From assembly GCF_000092105.1 (NCBI RefSeq), contig NC_014148.1, positions 360,001 to 392,000 on the forward strand: 32,000 bases of DNA. Direction: 5' to 3'. The notes under the pieces were generated by a model. It saw only the letters and a list, made by a program, of their open reading frames with translations, was not told the DNA's origin and ran no database searches. The DNA comes from Planctopirus limnophila DSM 3776 (GTDB taxonomy: Bacteria > Planctomycetota > Planctomycetia > Planctomycetales > Planctomycetaceae). Both the position numbers and the translations under genes were made by a program. Below, piece after piece: positions 17,847 through 26,227 of the stretch. Numbering within the stretch: position 1 is the first letter of the stretch; each line of letters opens with the position of its first letter.

Positions 17847-17895
17847 AGTTAACGCAAAAAAGCCGAGGTAGAGACCCCGTCTTTCTGCGTTAACT
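17847..17895 (-). terminator. Imperfect inverted repeat (about 14-bp stem, 18-nt loop) about 34 nt downstream of tRNA-Asn; possible terminator
   Basis: The arms are agttaacgcaaaaaag (17847-17862) and ctttctgcgttaact (17881-17895), with one mismatch and one bulge. On the minus strand the 3' arm contains a cuuuuuug run. There is no clean trailing U-tract. Confidence 0.35.
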
Positions 17896-17928
17896 AAACG
17901 AGAACAGTTTCGACACTTTTCTGAAAGG

Positions 17929-18001
17929 CTCCCCGACTTGGATTCGAACCAAGAACCTACGGATTAACAGTCCGGCGCTCTACCGGTTGAGCTATCGGGG
18001 A
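17929..18001 (-). tRNA. tRNA-Asn (anticodon GTT), CCA not encoded
   Basis: The reverse complement folds as a cloverleaf: TCCCCGA-TA-GCTC-AACCGGTA-GAGC-G-CCGGA-CTGTTAA-TCCGT-AGGTT-CTTGG-TTCGAAT-CCAAG-TCGGGGA-G. It has a 7-bp acceptor stem, a T-loop TTCGAAT, an anticodon loop CT-GTT-AA and discriminator G. Confidence 0.9.
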
Positions 18002-18011
18002 ATCTGCAAGT

Positions 18012-18039
18012 ATCTTAGTGGATGGTGGAAATGATGCAA
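18012..18039 (-). promoter_or_regulatory. Candidate sigma70-type promoter for tRNA-Asn (TTGCAT-N16-TAAGAT on the minus strand)
   Basis: The -35 is the complement of 18034-18039 and the -10 the complement of 18012-18017. The -10 ends about 10 nt before the mature tRNA 5' end. This is a sequence match only. Confidence 0.25.
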
Positions 18040-18242
18040 GTCAAACTGGTTCCCGAGAGTCAAGTGGCTTGTCAGGTGTTGCAACTTGAAGTGATGCAAG
18101 ACGTTAAGGGCCTGCAGTCGCTTGATCACCAGATGCCAGATTTCAAGCAGGTGGCCTGCTCTCAGCCAGGCTCGCAAGTTCTGGGAGGCGGTTTACGACA
18201 GATTTCCTGCGGGTGCAGATTCCAAAGAAAGCGAGGCAGAAG

Positions 18243-18695
18243 TTATTTGGACAGCCCTGGCAGGACGGTCAACTTCTCCGGCCAGTCGGCCCCCTGCTTG
18301 ATCCACTGCTTCAAGTCGGCTTTCTGCTGATCGGAGAGGCGGTTGCCATCGGGTGGCATGATGACATCGGCATCGGTTCCCTGCACCAGATGCATCAGGC
18401 GGCTTTCCTCCGGTTGCTGGGGAACGACTACAGGACCGTTGTCGCCACCATTGAGAAAGTCATCCCGCCGGTCTAAACGAAATCCAGATTCCTGTTTTTC
18501 CGGCCCATGGCACTTCACACAATGCTTCACAAAGATGGGTGCGATTTTCTGTTCAAAAACCGTCTTTTCAGTCGGCTCGGCACCGGATGTCGCTGGCAAG
18601 TTCGAGGTGAACCAGAGGCTGAAGCTCAGTGACAAAACCCACAAACGCCACCTTCGCTGGGATGGCCGATCGCGGTTGAACAACATCTGTCTCAT
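18243..18695 (-). CDS. Small secreted protein consisting of a single PSCyt1 (planctomycete cytochrome c) domain
   Basis: A signal-like N-terminus is followed by FEQKIAPIFVKHCVKCHGPEKQESGFRLD...GGDNGPVVVPQQPEESRLMHLV...MPPDGNRLSDQQKADLKQWIKQGADWP. This is the PSCyt1 pattern, with a CxxCH heme site. Confidence 0.75.
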   Translation of the reverse strand: MRQMLFNRDRPSQRRWRLWVLSLSFSLWFTSNLPATSGAEPTEKTVFEQKIAPIFVKHCVKCHGPEKQESGFRLDRRDDFLNGGDNGPVVVPQQPEESRLMHLVQGTDADVIMPPDGNRLSDQQKADLKQWIKQGADWPEKLTVLPGLSK

Positions 18696-18837
18696 GTTAA
18701 GTGCAACACTCAGGAGTGGCAGCGAACTGGACGTTTATCGATATCGAGAGGGATAACGCTCTGGAACGAAAATGCCCATACTCGAACTTGTTCGTCGTAT
18801 GGGCATTTCATAGACACAACTGAAAATGTTCAAGCTT

Positions 18838-19785
18838 CTACTGTGCTTCAGTGGCTGAACGGATTGTTCCCTGACCCTTGGTGGCGGGCGATGGATTCTT
18901 TTCAGCCTTTTCCTTGGCGGCAGCCAGCAGACTCTGTGCCTGGAAAAGATCCTGGGCAGTGAAGAGTGGCTGACCGTTGGGGCTGATCAGTGAGCGATTT
19001 TGCTCGGCAGCCAGTTGGGCAAAGGTCATCTTGTTGGTCAGATGCCAGGCAGCAGCCTGAGCAGCCTGTGGATTGACCCGCGGATCATTGACGTATGTCA
19101 GAAGTTCACGAAGCAGAGGATCTGTCGAAAATCTCTCGACTGGAACGAGGGTGTATTTGCTTTTGGGTGATGGTTCGGGCTTGCCGTGCTCGAGGCAGAC
19201 GCTTTTCATAGGGATCGAGGCAATTTTCTCAGCAGGGATCGAGAAGATGCCGGGCTGCTGTCCACCGCCAAACCCCTGTCCCCCGCCAATGCCACCCTGC
19301 TGGCCACCAAGACCACCACCACCAGCCTGTTGGCCACCCCCACCGCCCTGCTGACCTCCCAAGCCACCTTGTTGCCCACCGCCGAAACCAGCACCACCAC
19401 CAAACTGGGCATGAATACTGACCATGACGACGGCATTCGGGACTTTGACGTTCAATGGTTCGTTTGTTTTGTTCTCAATGAGCACGTTCGCACCCATGGC
19501 ATTCATGGGAATGACTCGCACTCCCACTTCTCCACGCTCCATGGCCTCAAAGAGTTCCACTTCTTTAGCGGATGGATCGTATGTCAATTTCGTCAATGGA
19601 CGCTGATTGACCTTCTTGACGGGCTTGGCCGGAGCTTTGACTTCCGATTCGTCAGCAGCAGGAACAGAACCTGCCATAACGGTGAAGGCCAGGCATGTTG
19701 AGAAAAGAGCTTTTGAACCCTGTGCCAGCATGAGTTTGGAAAGGGATCTGAGCATGGTTGAATTCCAGCTGAATGAATTGAACAT
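18838..19785 (-). CDS. Secreted protein of unknown function with a central 50-residue Gly/Gln low-complexity tract
   Basis: 315-aa ORF. The alternative ATG at 19755 gives MLRSLSKLMLAQGSKALFSTCLAFTVMAGSVPA, a signal peptide. The tract FGGGAGFGGGQQGGLGGQQGGGGGQQAGGGGLGGQQGGIGGGQGFGGGQQ (nt 19255-19404) separates two ordinary-composition regions. The second of these contains CLEHGKPEP. Confidence 0.65.
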   Translation of the reverse strand: MFNSFSWNSTMLRSLSKLMLAQGSKALFSTCLAFTVMAGSVPAADESEVKAPAKPVKKVNQRPLTKLTYDPSAKEVELFEAMERGEVGVRVIPMNAMGANVLIENKTNEPLNVKVPNAVVMVSIHAQFGGGAGFGGGQQGGLGGQQGGGGGQQAGGGGLGGQQGGIGGGQGFGGGQQPGIFSIPAEKIASIPMKSVCLEHGKPEPSPKSKYTLVPVERFSTDPLLRELLTYVNDPRVNPQAAQAAAWHLTNKMTFAQLAAEQNRSLISPNGQPLFTAQDLFQAQSLLAAAKEKAEKNPSPATKGQGTIRSATEAQ

Positions 19786-20359
19786 TGAAGAAAACCTTCG
19801 TGATGGCGGTTTTCATCGATTGGGAGTTTGCTACCTTCAGGCTAATTATGTCACGCGGCAGTTCGCAACAAAAACTTGCGAATCCGCTTAAAAATTCCGT
19901 CCAGCACAGGTTGTGGTACGCGAGATCGCCACAATTGATTCTCTGGACAGATTCAATCGCCCGATTCCTGAATCGTCATCGGCGGCCCCCCATGTGTCGG
20001 GCGAGGTTCATCATTTACTGAAATTGGTTTTCGAGCGACTTTTGCAACAAGGCCACGGCAACTGATGAATTCGTTAAGGCTTGAAACGCTTCATCGTCTG
20101 CAGAGTGCAGGGAAAGCTCGCGGGATTCCTCCAATCGATATCTCCGGATTGATCGACCGGAAGGACTTGCAGGTTTTGACGGCTTCCAGCTGTTTCGACT
20201 CCGACAATCGATACATTCGGAAAAGTCTTCCGGACAGTTGGCTTCGGAATGCTGTTCTCCCGCCATTTTCGAACAGAAATCCGCCGATTTTCTAAGATGC
20301 GGTGTTAGTGATGTCTTGAAATCGATGTGAAATCCAAGTGTGGAAAGGGGAGTGATCTC

Positions 20360-21256
20360 ATGAGACTCATGGCCTCCCGGCAATATTCCCCATTACTGGC
20401 AGTTGTCGCCGGTCTGATGATGGCCTGGTCGAACAGTCTCTGTGGCTGCGCGATGCTTCGATCATCCTCGGGTGTGCCACAAGAAAAGGTCACTCAAACG
20501 ACAGCGTCTGAAGATAGTTCAGTCACGCGATCGACGTCGAACCTTGAGTCCGAAGAGAAAACCACCAAGTCGACATCGTTTTCGTCTTCCAAGAGAGTGG
20601 CACTGACTTATGTGGCCCACATGCCCGAAGGGGGAGTCTTTATCAGTAATTCTGCCATTCAGCAGGCCGGTGGCAACGACGAAACCACTGCAGATCTCGT
20701 CGGGCAGCAGTGGGCCATGGCTGAACTGCGGATTGACTTGCCACATCCGGATGGACGCACGGATGTTGGCAGGGCGACTGTTGAGCTCAAGCCTCTTTCG
20801 TGCGGAGAACGCTGCGATTCGAAATCGCTTTCGGAGGTTCGAAGCGATCGGCAAAGTGAGCGGCAATCCAGATACTCGATGTGGGTGAATCGCTGGTTGT
20901 GGCGGGCGAAACCACAAGGGGTGGAACTTCCGCCCAATGCAGTGGCGACACTCGACCTTCCCCGAAGTGAAATTGAACAAATCCTGAGTCATCTGGAAAA
21001 AGAGGGGCACTTTCGCAGGAATGCTGAAAATCAGGGCCCTGCTCGATTGGATGTCTTGTTCAATCAGCGGAAGATCACTCATGCCTGCGGGTATGACGAA
21101 GTTCTAGATAAGCTTGTCTGCGAAGTCTGGGCTCGTGGACATCAGGAACTGGCCACGAGACGGCGTGAGCAGCAGGAATTGCAACTGACGGGCTACGAAG
21201 TGGAGAAACCCGCAAGAACTGCGACCGGATCGAACGATTCTCGGTTCCAAAGATAA
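20360..21256 (+). CDS. Putative lipoprotein, unknown function
   Basis: The track ORF starts with GTG at 20327. The ATG at 20360 is preceded by GGGGAG (20347-20352) and gives MRLMASRQYSPLLAVVAGLMMAWSNSLCGC, with a lipobox-like L-C-G-C. I recognise no family. Confidence 0.55.
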   Translation: MRLMASRQYSPLLAVVAGLMMAWSNSLCGCAMLRSSSGVPQEKVTQTTASEDSSVTRSTSNLESEEKTTKSTSFSSSKRVALTYVAHMPEGGVFISNSAIQQAGGNDETTADLVGQQWAMAELRIDLPHPDGRTDVGRATVELKPLSCGERCDSKSLSEVRSDRQSERQSRYSMWVNRWLWRAKPQGVELPPNAVATLDLPRSEIEQILSHLEKEGHFRRNAENQGPARLDVLFNQRKITHACGYDEVLDKLVCEVWARGHQELATRRREQQELQLTGYEVEKPARTATGSNDSRFQR

Positions 21257-21571
21257 CAGCTGTTACGAAGTTTCCTGTTGTAGCGACTGATGGCCCGCCG
21301 ATATCTCGTGTGCTAACGGTTCGTTGGCTGTTCAATGCCAGAATGTCTAACGACATGGCCTGTGAACAGAAAGTTTCGAGCTGGAATTCAGAAACCAACC
21401 ATGTTGAGGGGACAGGTGGGCTATCGAAGGCTGTGGGGACATGCCGCCGATTGCACTGAATTCGATCATCAGACTCTCGAACCAGATTATTTCACATTTC
21501 GATGGATACAGCCGACGAGGTTGCGACAGCAACGAGATGCTTCGTTTCGGCAGCCAAACTGGAGTACGATC

Positions 21572-21862
21572 ATGCTGCGTTCGTGGATGATGTCCGGCTT
21601 GTTTGTTGCGTGCCTCGCCGCATGCCTGACAACCGAAGCCAAGGCCGCTGGGGAAGGTCAACCCACCGACTGGAACCGTTTTTACTATTACCCATATGTG
21701 TATTATCCCCACAACTTCCAGGCACCGGTGGAATACAATCACATGTATTACCGGTACCCACAGGAACGGCAGATTCCCGTGTACCGGAAGGATTGGCACA
21801 ACTTTTATCCGTCACCACGTCCTTACCACATGGGTCACCACTTTGTGCTGGATGTGTTCTAA
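21572..21862 (+). CDS. Small secreted Tyr/His/Pro-rich protein (96 aa)
   Basis: The ATG at 21572 is preceded by GGAG (21561-21564). The signal peptide is MLRSWMMSGLFVACLAACLTTEAKA. The mature part, WNRFYYYPYVYYPHNFQAPVEYNHMYYRYPQERQIPVYRKDWHNFYPSPRPYHMGHHFVLDVF, has 13 Tyr in about 72 residues. A terminator follows. Confidence 0.55.
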   Translation: MLRSWMMSGLFVACLAACLTTEAKAAGEGQPTDWNRFYYYPYVYYPHNFQAPVEYNHMYYRYPQERQIPVYRKDWHNFYPSPRPYHMGHHFVLDVF

Positions 21863-21916
21863 GCTGCTGCTGCTTGAGGGCTAGCGGTTGATCGTTCGAA
21901 GAAATTCAGTTTGCTG

Positions 21917-21960
21917 AAACGGATTCACGCAGAGAATTGCGCTGGATCCGTTTTGTTTTT
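21917..21960 (+). terminator. Rho-independent terminator after the Tyr-rich protein gene
   Basis: The stem pairs aaacggat (21917-21924) with atccgttt (21946-21953), with partial internal pairing. It is followed by ttttgttttt. Confidence 0.6.
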
Positions 21961-22165
21961 GAGCAGGTGTCTGGTGATCGCTTGGCTTCCAGGTCGAAAG
22001 TCCTGAAACTCGATTATTGGGGCCAGAAAGCTGATGACTGCCAATTGTTTGACAAAGGGCAACAAACGAGTCACCACGAGCTGTGTCTTTCCAGAGATTT
22101 GATACATCACTGTGATTCAGAAGCACCAAGTGCCGAACTGATCACGGGTAAACCAGCCGGAACGG

Positions 22166-22194
22166 TTGACCCTTCGATCGGGCAAGATTAAAGT
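22166..22194 (+). promoter_or_regulatory. Candidate sigma70-type promoter for tRNA-Arg (TTGACC-N17-TAAAGT)
   Basis: TTGACC lies at 22166-22171 and TAAAGT at 22189-22194, with a 17-nt spacer. The tRNA starts 31 nt after the -10. Confidence 0.4.
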
Positions 22195-22224
22195 CCTGTG
22201 GAGGGAAGAGATTTCTGCCCTTAT

Positions 22225-22298
<74 letters not shown>

Positions 22299-22834
22299 TT
22301 TTTCCTAAGTCCTGCCGAATGCTGTGGTTAGAGTGTCAACTACTCTTTGTCCTAGGTTGTAAGTCCAACTGGCAGTGCGGCTTGAAGGCTCTTCGAATTC
22401 AGTGTGGGTCGATCCCATATTTGAAGTTGCGAAGATCTTTCCTTCTTCAAACTCTTCCTCAGACAGGATCAGTTCTCACTCTGAGGTTAGCTCTCCCGGG
22501 TGACCTTGAGCTCTTGATGAGCAGACAAATTGTTGATTCTGGTTATGCTGCCGGAATCCAGTTTGGCACCCCGATGTGGCGAGTTCAGTCCTCGATCTCT
22601 TTTCTGTTGAAGGCATCTGCCACACAGATTCCGGCGATCAGCTCTGAAGTTGTGAGTGGTGAGCAGAATCGTTTTCGCTTCTCCACGACTGTATGGGACT
22701 GATTCCACGCATGGATCCCTGGTATCGAAACCAAAAACCACTGTGCATAGCGGAATTTGTGGAGCATGCTTGCTTGGAGCCGTACGCCCGGCACAACTCT
22801 TGTCAAAATCTGGGACTTGTCTTTCAACGGGCGC

Positions 22835-22875
22835 AAAAAAGAGGGTGATCAGCTGTTGAATGCTGATCACCCTCT
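22835..22875 (-). terminator. Rho-independent terminator for the DUF1559 gene
   Basis: A perfect 14-bp stem pairs agagggtgatcagc (22840-22853) with gctgatcaccctct (22862-22875), with an 8-nt loop. On the minus strand it is followed by uuuuuu (the A-run at 22835-22840). It lies 70 nt past the stop at 22946. Confidence 0.75.
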
Positions 22876-22945
22876 GTGTGTTCATCAAGTTTCCGCTGCG
22901 AATTTCAGCAATTGAATCTCGCGGAGGGACTCGACTTAAGGCCGA

Positions 22946-24079
22946 TTAGAAGTCGCTGCTGTTGAGAGTCGTTTCGCCGTACTGCTGGCCGTTTGAGGTG
23001 AGCAGCTTCAGGTAGACTCGCTGGTCAATGGTATCGGCAATCGATCGACCGGCACCGCTAACCATAACTACGTTAACACTGCCGCCATGATTGGAGCTGG
23101 GTCGGGGAGCTTTGCGTGTGTTGTCAACAACGGGAGCCCCTGGTCTTGAATCACCGACTGGTGAACTGGTTGAAGCGGCCATATTTCCGACGCCAAATGG
23201 AGCAGATCCCTGGGTGAAGGCGGGCGATGTTGCAGGAGCCCAACCGGTGCTGCCCACCTTAGCGGCGAAAGCCAGATCCCATGTATTTCCCGAGGCCCAG
23301 TTATCCGAGTTGAGGTTTTCGGCAATCATCATAGTGTTTTCAGTTCCATCGCCAGTGCCCACAAAATCGAGTGTCATATCGGTATCACGCCAGATCACCC
23401 CTGTTGACTTGCCCATATTGCGATCATTCGTGCTGGCGGTCGTGAGAGTCGCATCTGCCCAACTGATCGAAGCGGAACTGTGTCCACCGGCTGGATCATT
23501 GGTGTTATCGGTAACCTGACCCCAGTTCTCATCAGAGGCAATGCCGGAGTTCACCACATACGAGAGGCCCAGTGCCTTGCGATGATTGACGAGGTCATCG
23601 GGGCAGGTAAAGAACGGCAACCAGGTGCGTTCATTGGTGCTAAGAACAGCATAAGGCCCGCCGGAACCTGTGAACTTCGCTGAGCGACTCTGAATGGAGC
23701 GATAGAGAGCAGCGTTGTCGAGGACAGGCAGGAGTTGCATGGTCCAACCCACTCGTAACGTGTGCTGCTCAGATGGAGTCAGTGCTGAGAATGTGGACTG
23801 GTCAGCTGTTGTGAATGTGGTCGTGACCGTCTGATCTTCTGCCAGACGTGGGAGTTTGCCACCGCGGCCTGAGGCGAAGTTGTGCATCGCGATGCCGAGG
23901 TTCTTCATGTTGTTGAGGCATTCCAGCTTGCGGGCTGCGCGGCGGGCACCTTGAACGGCCGGGGCGATCAGCGAGATCAGAGTGGTGATGATGGCAATCA
24001 CCACCAGGAGTTCAATCAGCGTAAATCCGGGGCGAGCGGCGCCACCAGAACGAAAACAGGTGGGGCGAAGGGCTTTCAT
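22946..24079 (-). CDS. DUF1559 'H-X9-DG' protein with prepilin-type N-terminal cleavage/methylation domain
   Basis: The N-terminus is ...[53 protein letters not shown], the canonical planctomycete DUF1559 start. The C-terminal [14 protein letters not shown] corresponds to the H-X9-DG block (SG variant here). Confidence 0.9.
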   Translation of the reverse strand: MKALRPTCFRSGGAARPGFTLIELLVVIAIITTLISLIAPAVQGARRAARKLECLNNMKNLGIAMHNFASGRGGKLPRLAEDQTVTTTFTTADQSTFSALTPSEQHTLRVGWTMQLLPVLDNAALYRSIQSRSAKFTGSGGPYAVLSTNERTWLPFFTCPDDLVNHRKALGLSYVVNSGIASDENWGQVTDNTNDPAGGHSSASISWADATLTTASTNDRNMGKSTGVIWRDTDMTLDFVGTGDGTENTMMIAENLNSDNWASGNTWDLAFAAKVGSTGWAPATSPAFTQGSAPFGVGNMAASTSSPVGDSRPGAPVVDNTRKAPRPSSNHGGSVNVVMVSGAGRSIADTIDQRVYLKLLTSNGQQYGETTLNSSDF

Positions 24080-24969
24080 TGACGGGTCTCCACTTTCTGA
24101 TCTGCAAGAACTGGGTGATGGTTCGGGTTGATAGGCTTTTGATGGACCGAGGCTTTCTAGGTTCTTCCAAAGTTTTGGTCTGCATGCCTGAGAGTGGAAT
24201 CATCCGCTACCAATGGCTTGCCGTGGATACTTTGGTGGGACCTCTGGAAAATCTCTGAATCATGACGACAGGTGAGTTTCAAGACATTCTGCACGATCGT
24301 GCCAGAATGCCTCGGACTTCTCAACAAATTATGTGGTTTCCTCGATCGGGTGTCGATCTGAAAAGGCTTGCCTTAGAAGATTTTAAACCGACTTTCTCGC
24401 CATCGCTGCAACTTGCTGCAAACTGTTCGGGAAAGCCGCATCACCTGTTGAAGTTCGCCACAATCTGTCCGTTCCTGTCTCACTTTCCCACTGAATTGCA
24501 GGTTGTGTGCCAATCTCCGGGCAAATTCTTGAGCGAACGACCATCCGACGATCACCCTCATTTCCGCTGGCACAATCGTTTCAACCGGTAGAATCCTCTT
24601 GAAAACTGCGATGTGGCAATCCATCGAGTGCTGACGAACGGAGAGACTCTGGGTTGCTTCGTAACTCATCGAGACACGGTTTACGGAGTGAATCGTGAAG
24701 ATTGTGACCTGTGGATAAGTGCTTCCAGAGACATTGAAGACACTTAATTCGAATACGGCGCCCTACAAGAATTGATTCGACGGGGAAGACAGCATCCAAA
24801 CCTCGTCCCTCAGCAGTTCTTCCGTCTCCAACGAGGACTCAAATCCCTTCGCCCACAGCGATCTTTGGCAAAATGATCTGAAATTGCGTACATGCCCTTG
24901 CCGATGGATGGATCGTGCGTACACTATACTGTTCAAGCGTGGACTTCATAAGCCGGCGAAGGGTGGAGC

Positions 24970-26175
24970 ATGAACTGGCTGATGACTGACATGGATTCCT
25001 TCTTTGCATCTGTCGAACAGCATCTGCGGCCCGAACTCCGTGGGTTACCTGTGGGGATTGTGCCGCTGGAATCGGATCACACCTGTCTCATTGCTGCCAG
25101 TTACGAAGCGAAAAAACATGGCGCGAAAACGGGCACAAAAGTGCGCGATGCCAGAGAGATCTGCCCCGGTCTTGTTCTGATCAAGGCTCGGCCCGCGACC
25201 TACGTTGAAGTTCATCGAGCGATTCTCCGCAGTATCGACAAAGTTGCTCCCGTCGAGAAGGTCTATTCCATCGACGAATGGACCATCAAGTTAACAGCCG
25301 AATACAAGCACCCTGATGAAGCATGTCGTCTGGCACTTCGTCTGAAGCAGCAACTCGCCCATGATTTCAGTCCGTTTCTCACATGTTCGATCGGGATTGC
25401 TCCTTCCCGGTTGCTGGCCAAAATTGCCTGCGGGCTCGAAAAACCCGATGGTCTGACCATTCTCTCGGCAGCCGATCCTCCTGGCCGGCTCGAACATTTA
25501 CCTCTATCGAAATTAACCGGGATCGGCAAAGGGATGCTGGCTCGGCTGGAGCTGCACAACATTCACTCAGTGCGGGATTTGTGGAACATCAGCCGGGATG
25601 AAGCCATTCGGATCTGGGGTTCCGTCACCGGGGCGCGCTGGTGGGCCGGTTTTCATGGCGAAGATGAACCCGAGCAACTGACCCGGCGTCGCATGATGAG
25701 TCATGGCAACGTGCTCGATCCCGCCTTTAGAACCGAAGCCGGGGCTCACGGTATTCTCCAGCGGCTGGTCTGCAAACTGGGCCAGAGACTGAGGCAGAGC
25801 GGCTACATTGCCAATGCCTTGCATCTGAGGGTGAAGGATACGCGCAGCCGAGAGACGAGGCTGGAAGTTGGCTTGCCCGGCGTGGATGACACTCACACGC
25901 TGATGAGAGCTTTTGAAGATCTCTGGCAGACCCGCCAACCGGGAGGTGCGCCACCCAAACAAGTGGAAGTTTCGGTTTCTGGACTCGTTCTGGCAACACA
26001 GATTTCGAGGCCATTATTCGACGAAGTCCAGAAGCGACAGCGGGTTTCGCAAGCCATGGATCGCATCAATCTGCAATGGGGCCCCTCGAAAGTTTATGTC
26101 GGCTCAGTCCACAACTACCGGCAGCATATGGAGAACAAAATTGCCTTCGGTCGCATCCCTCGCGATACGGATTAG
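24970..26175 (+). CDS. Y-family DNA polymerase (translesion synthesis), catalytic residues present
   Basis: MTDMDSFFASVEQ (catalytic Asp motif), AASYEAKKHGAKTG, YSIDEWTI (SIDE motif) and the helix-hairpin-helix LSKLTGIGKGMLARL are present. A GGTGGAG Shine-Dalgarno precedes the ATG. Confidence 0.85.
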   Translation: MNWLMTDMDSFFASVEQHLRPELRGLPVGIVPLESDHTCLIAASYEAKKHGAKTGTKVRDAREICPGLVLIKARPATYVEVHRAILRSIDKVAPVEKVYSIDEWTIKLTAEYKHPDEACRLALRLKQQLAHDFSPFLTCSIGIAPSRLLAKIACGLEKPDGLTILSAADPPGRLEHLPLSKLTGIGKGMLARLELHNIHSVRDLWNISRDEAIRIWGSVTGARWWAGFHGEDEPEQLTRRRMMSHGNVLDPAFRTEAGAHGILQRLVCKLGQRLRQSGYIANALHLRVKDTRSRETRLEVGLPGVDDTHTLMRAFEDLWQTRQPGGAPPKQVEVSVSGLVLATQISRPLFDEVQKRQRVSQAMDRINLQWGPSKVYVGSVHNYRQHMENKIAFGRIPRDTD

Positions 26176-26227
26176 GCGACGATTCCTCGCGATTGAAAGT
26201 CACGAAATTGACAGTGATGTCATCCGA

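Noticed and set aside
19255-19404. Repetitive ccacc/ctg/ttg DNA that could be mistaken for a tandem repeat or array.
   Set aside because: It is the coding sequence of the Gly/Gln tract on the minus strand. The units are irregular and there is no spacer-repeat organisation, so it is not a CRISPR array or a minisatellite.
20015-20383. A 122-aa minus-strand ORF in the divergent region upstream of the lipoprotein gene, containing CIDC.
   Set aside because: It overlaps the lipoprotein start region. It has no recognisable domain and does not satisfy the zf-HC2 anti-sigma pattern. No ribosome-binding site was noted.
22319-22888. ORFs 22319-22702 (+, 127 aa) and 22487-22888 (-, 133 aa) downstream of tRNA-Arg.
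   Set aside because: They overlap each other antisense and have unusual composition (Cys/Leu/Ser-rich). They have no SD, and the minus ORF starts beyond and reads through the strong terminator hairpin of the DUF1559 gene.
24262-24669. A mutually antisense ORF pair (109 aa on +, 98 aa on -) in the long intergenic region.
   Set aside because: Neither has family motifs or a clear SD, and the codon third positions look unbiased. They cannot be supported as genes from sequence alone, though expression data could revive one of them.
24919-24934. GTAC-N8-GTTC upstream of the Y-family polymerase, considered as a possible SOS box.
   Set aside because: The spacing does not fit the LexA consensus types I know: CTGT-N8-ACAG, GAAC-N4-GTTC, GTTC-N7-GTTC, or cyanobacterial RGTAC-N3-DGTWCB. 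It is kept only as part of the broader repeat observation.
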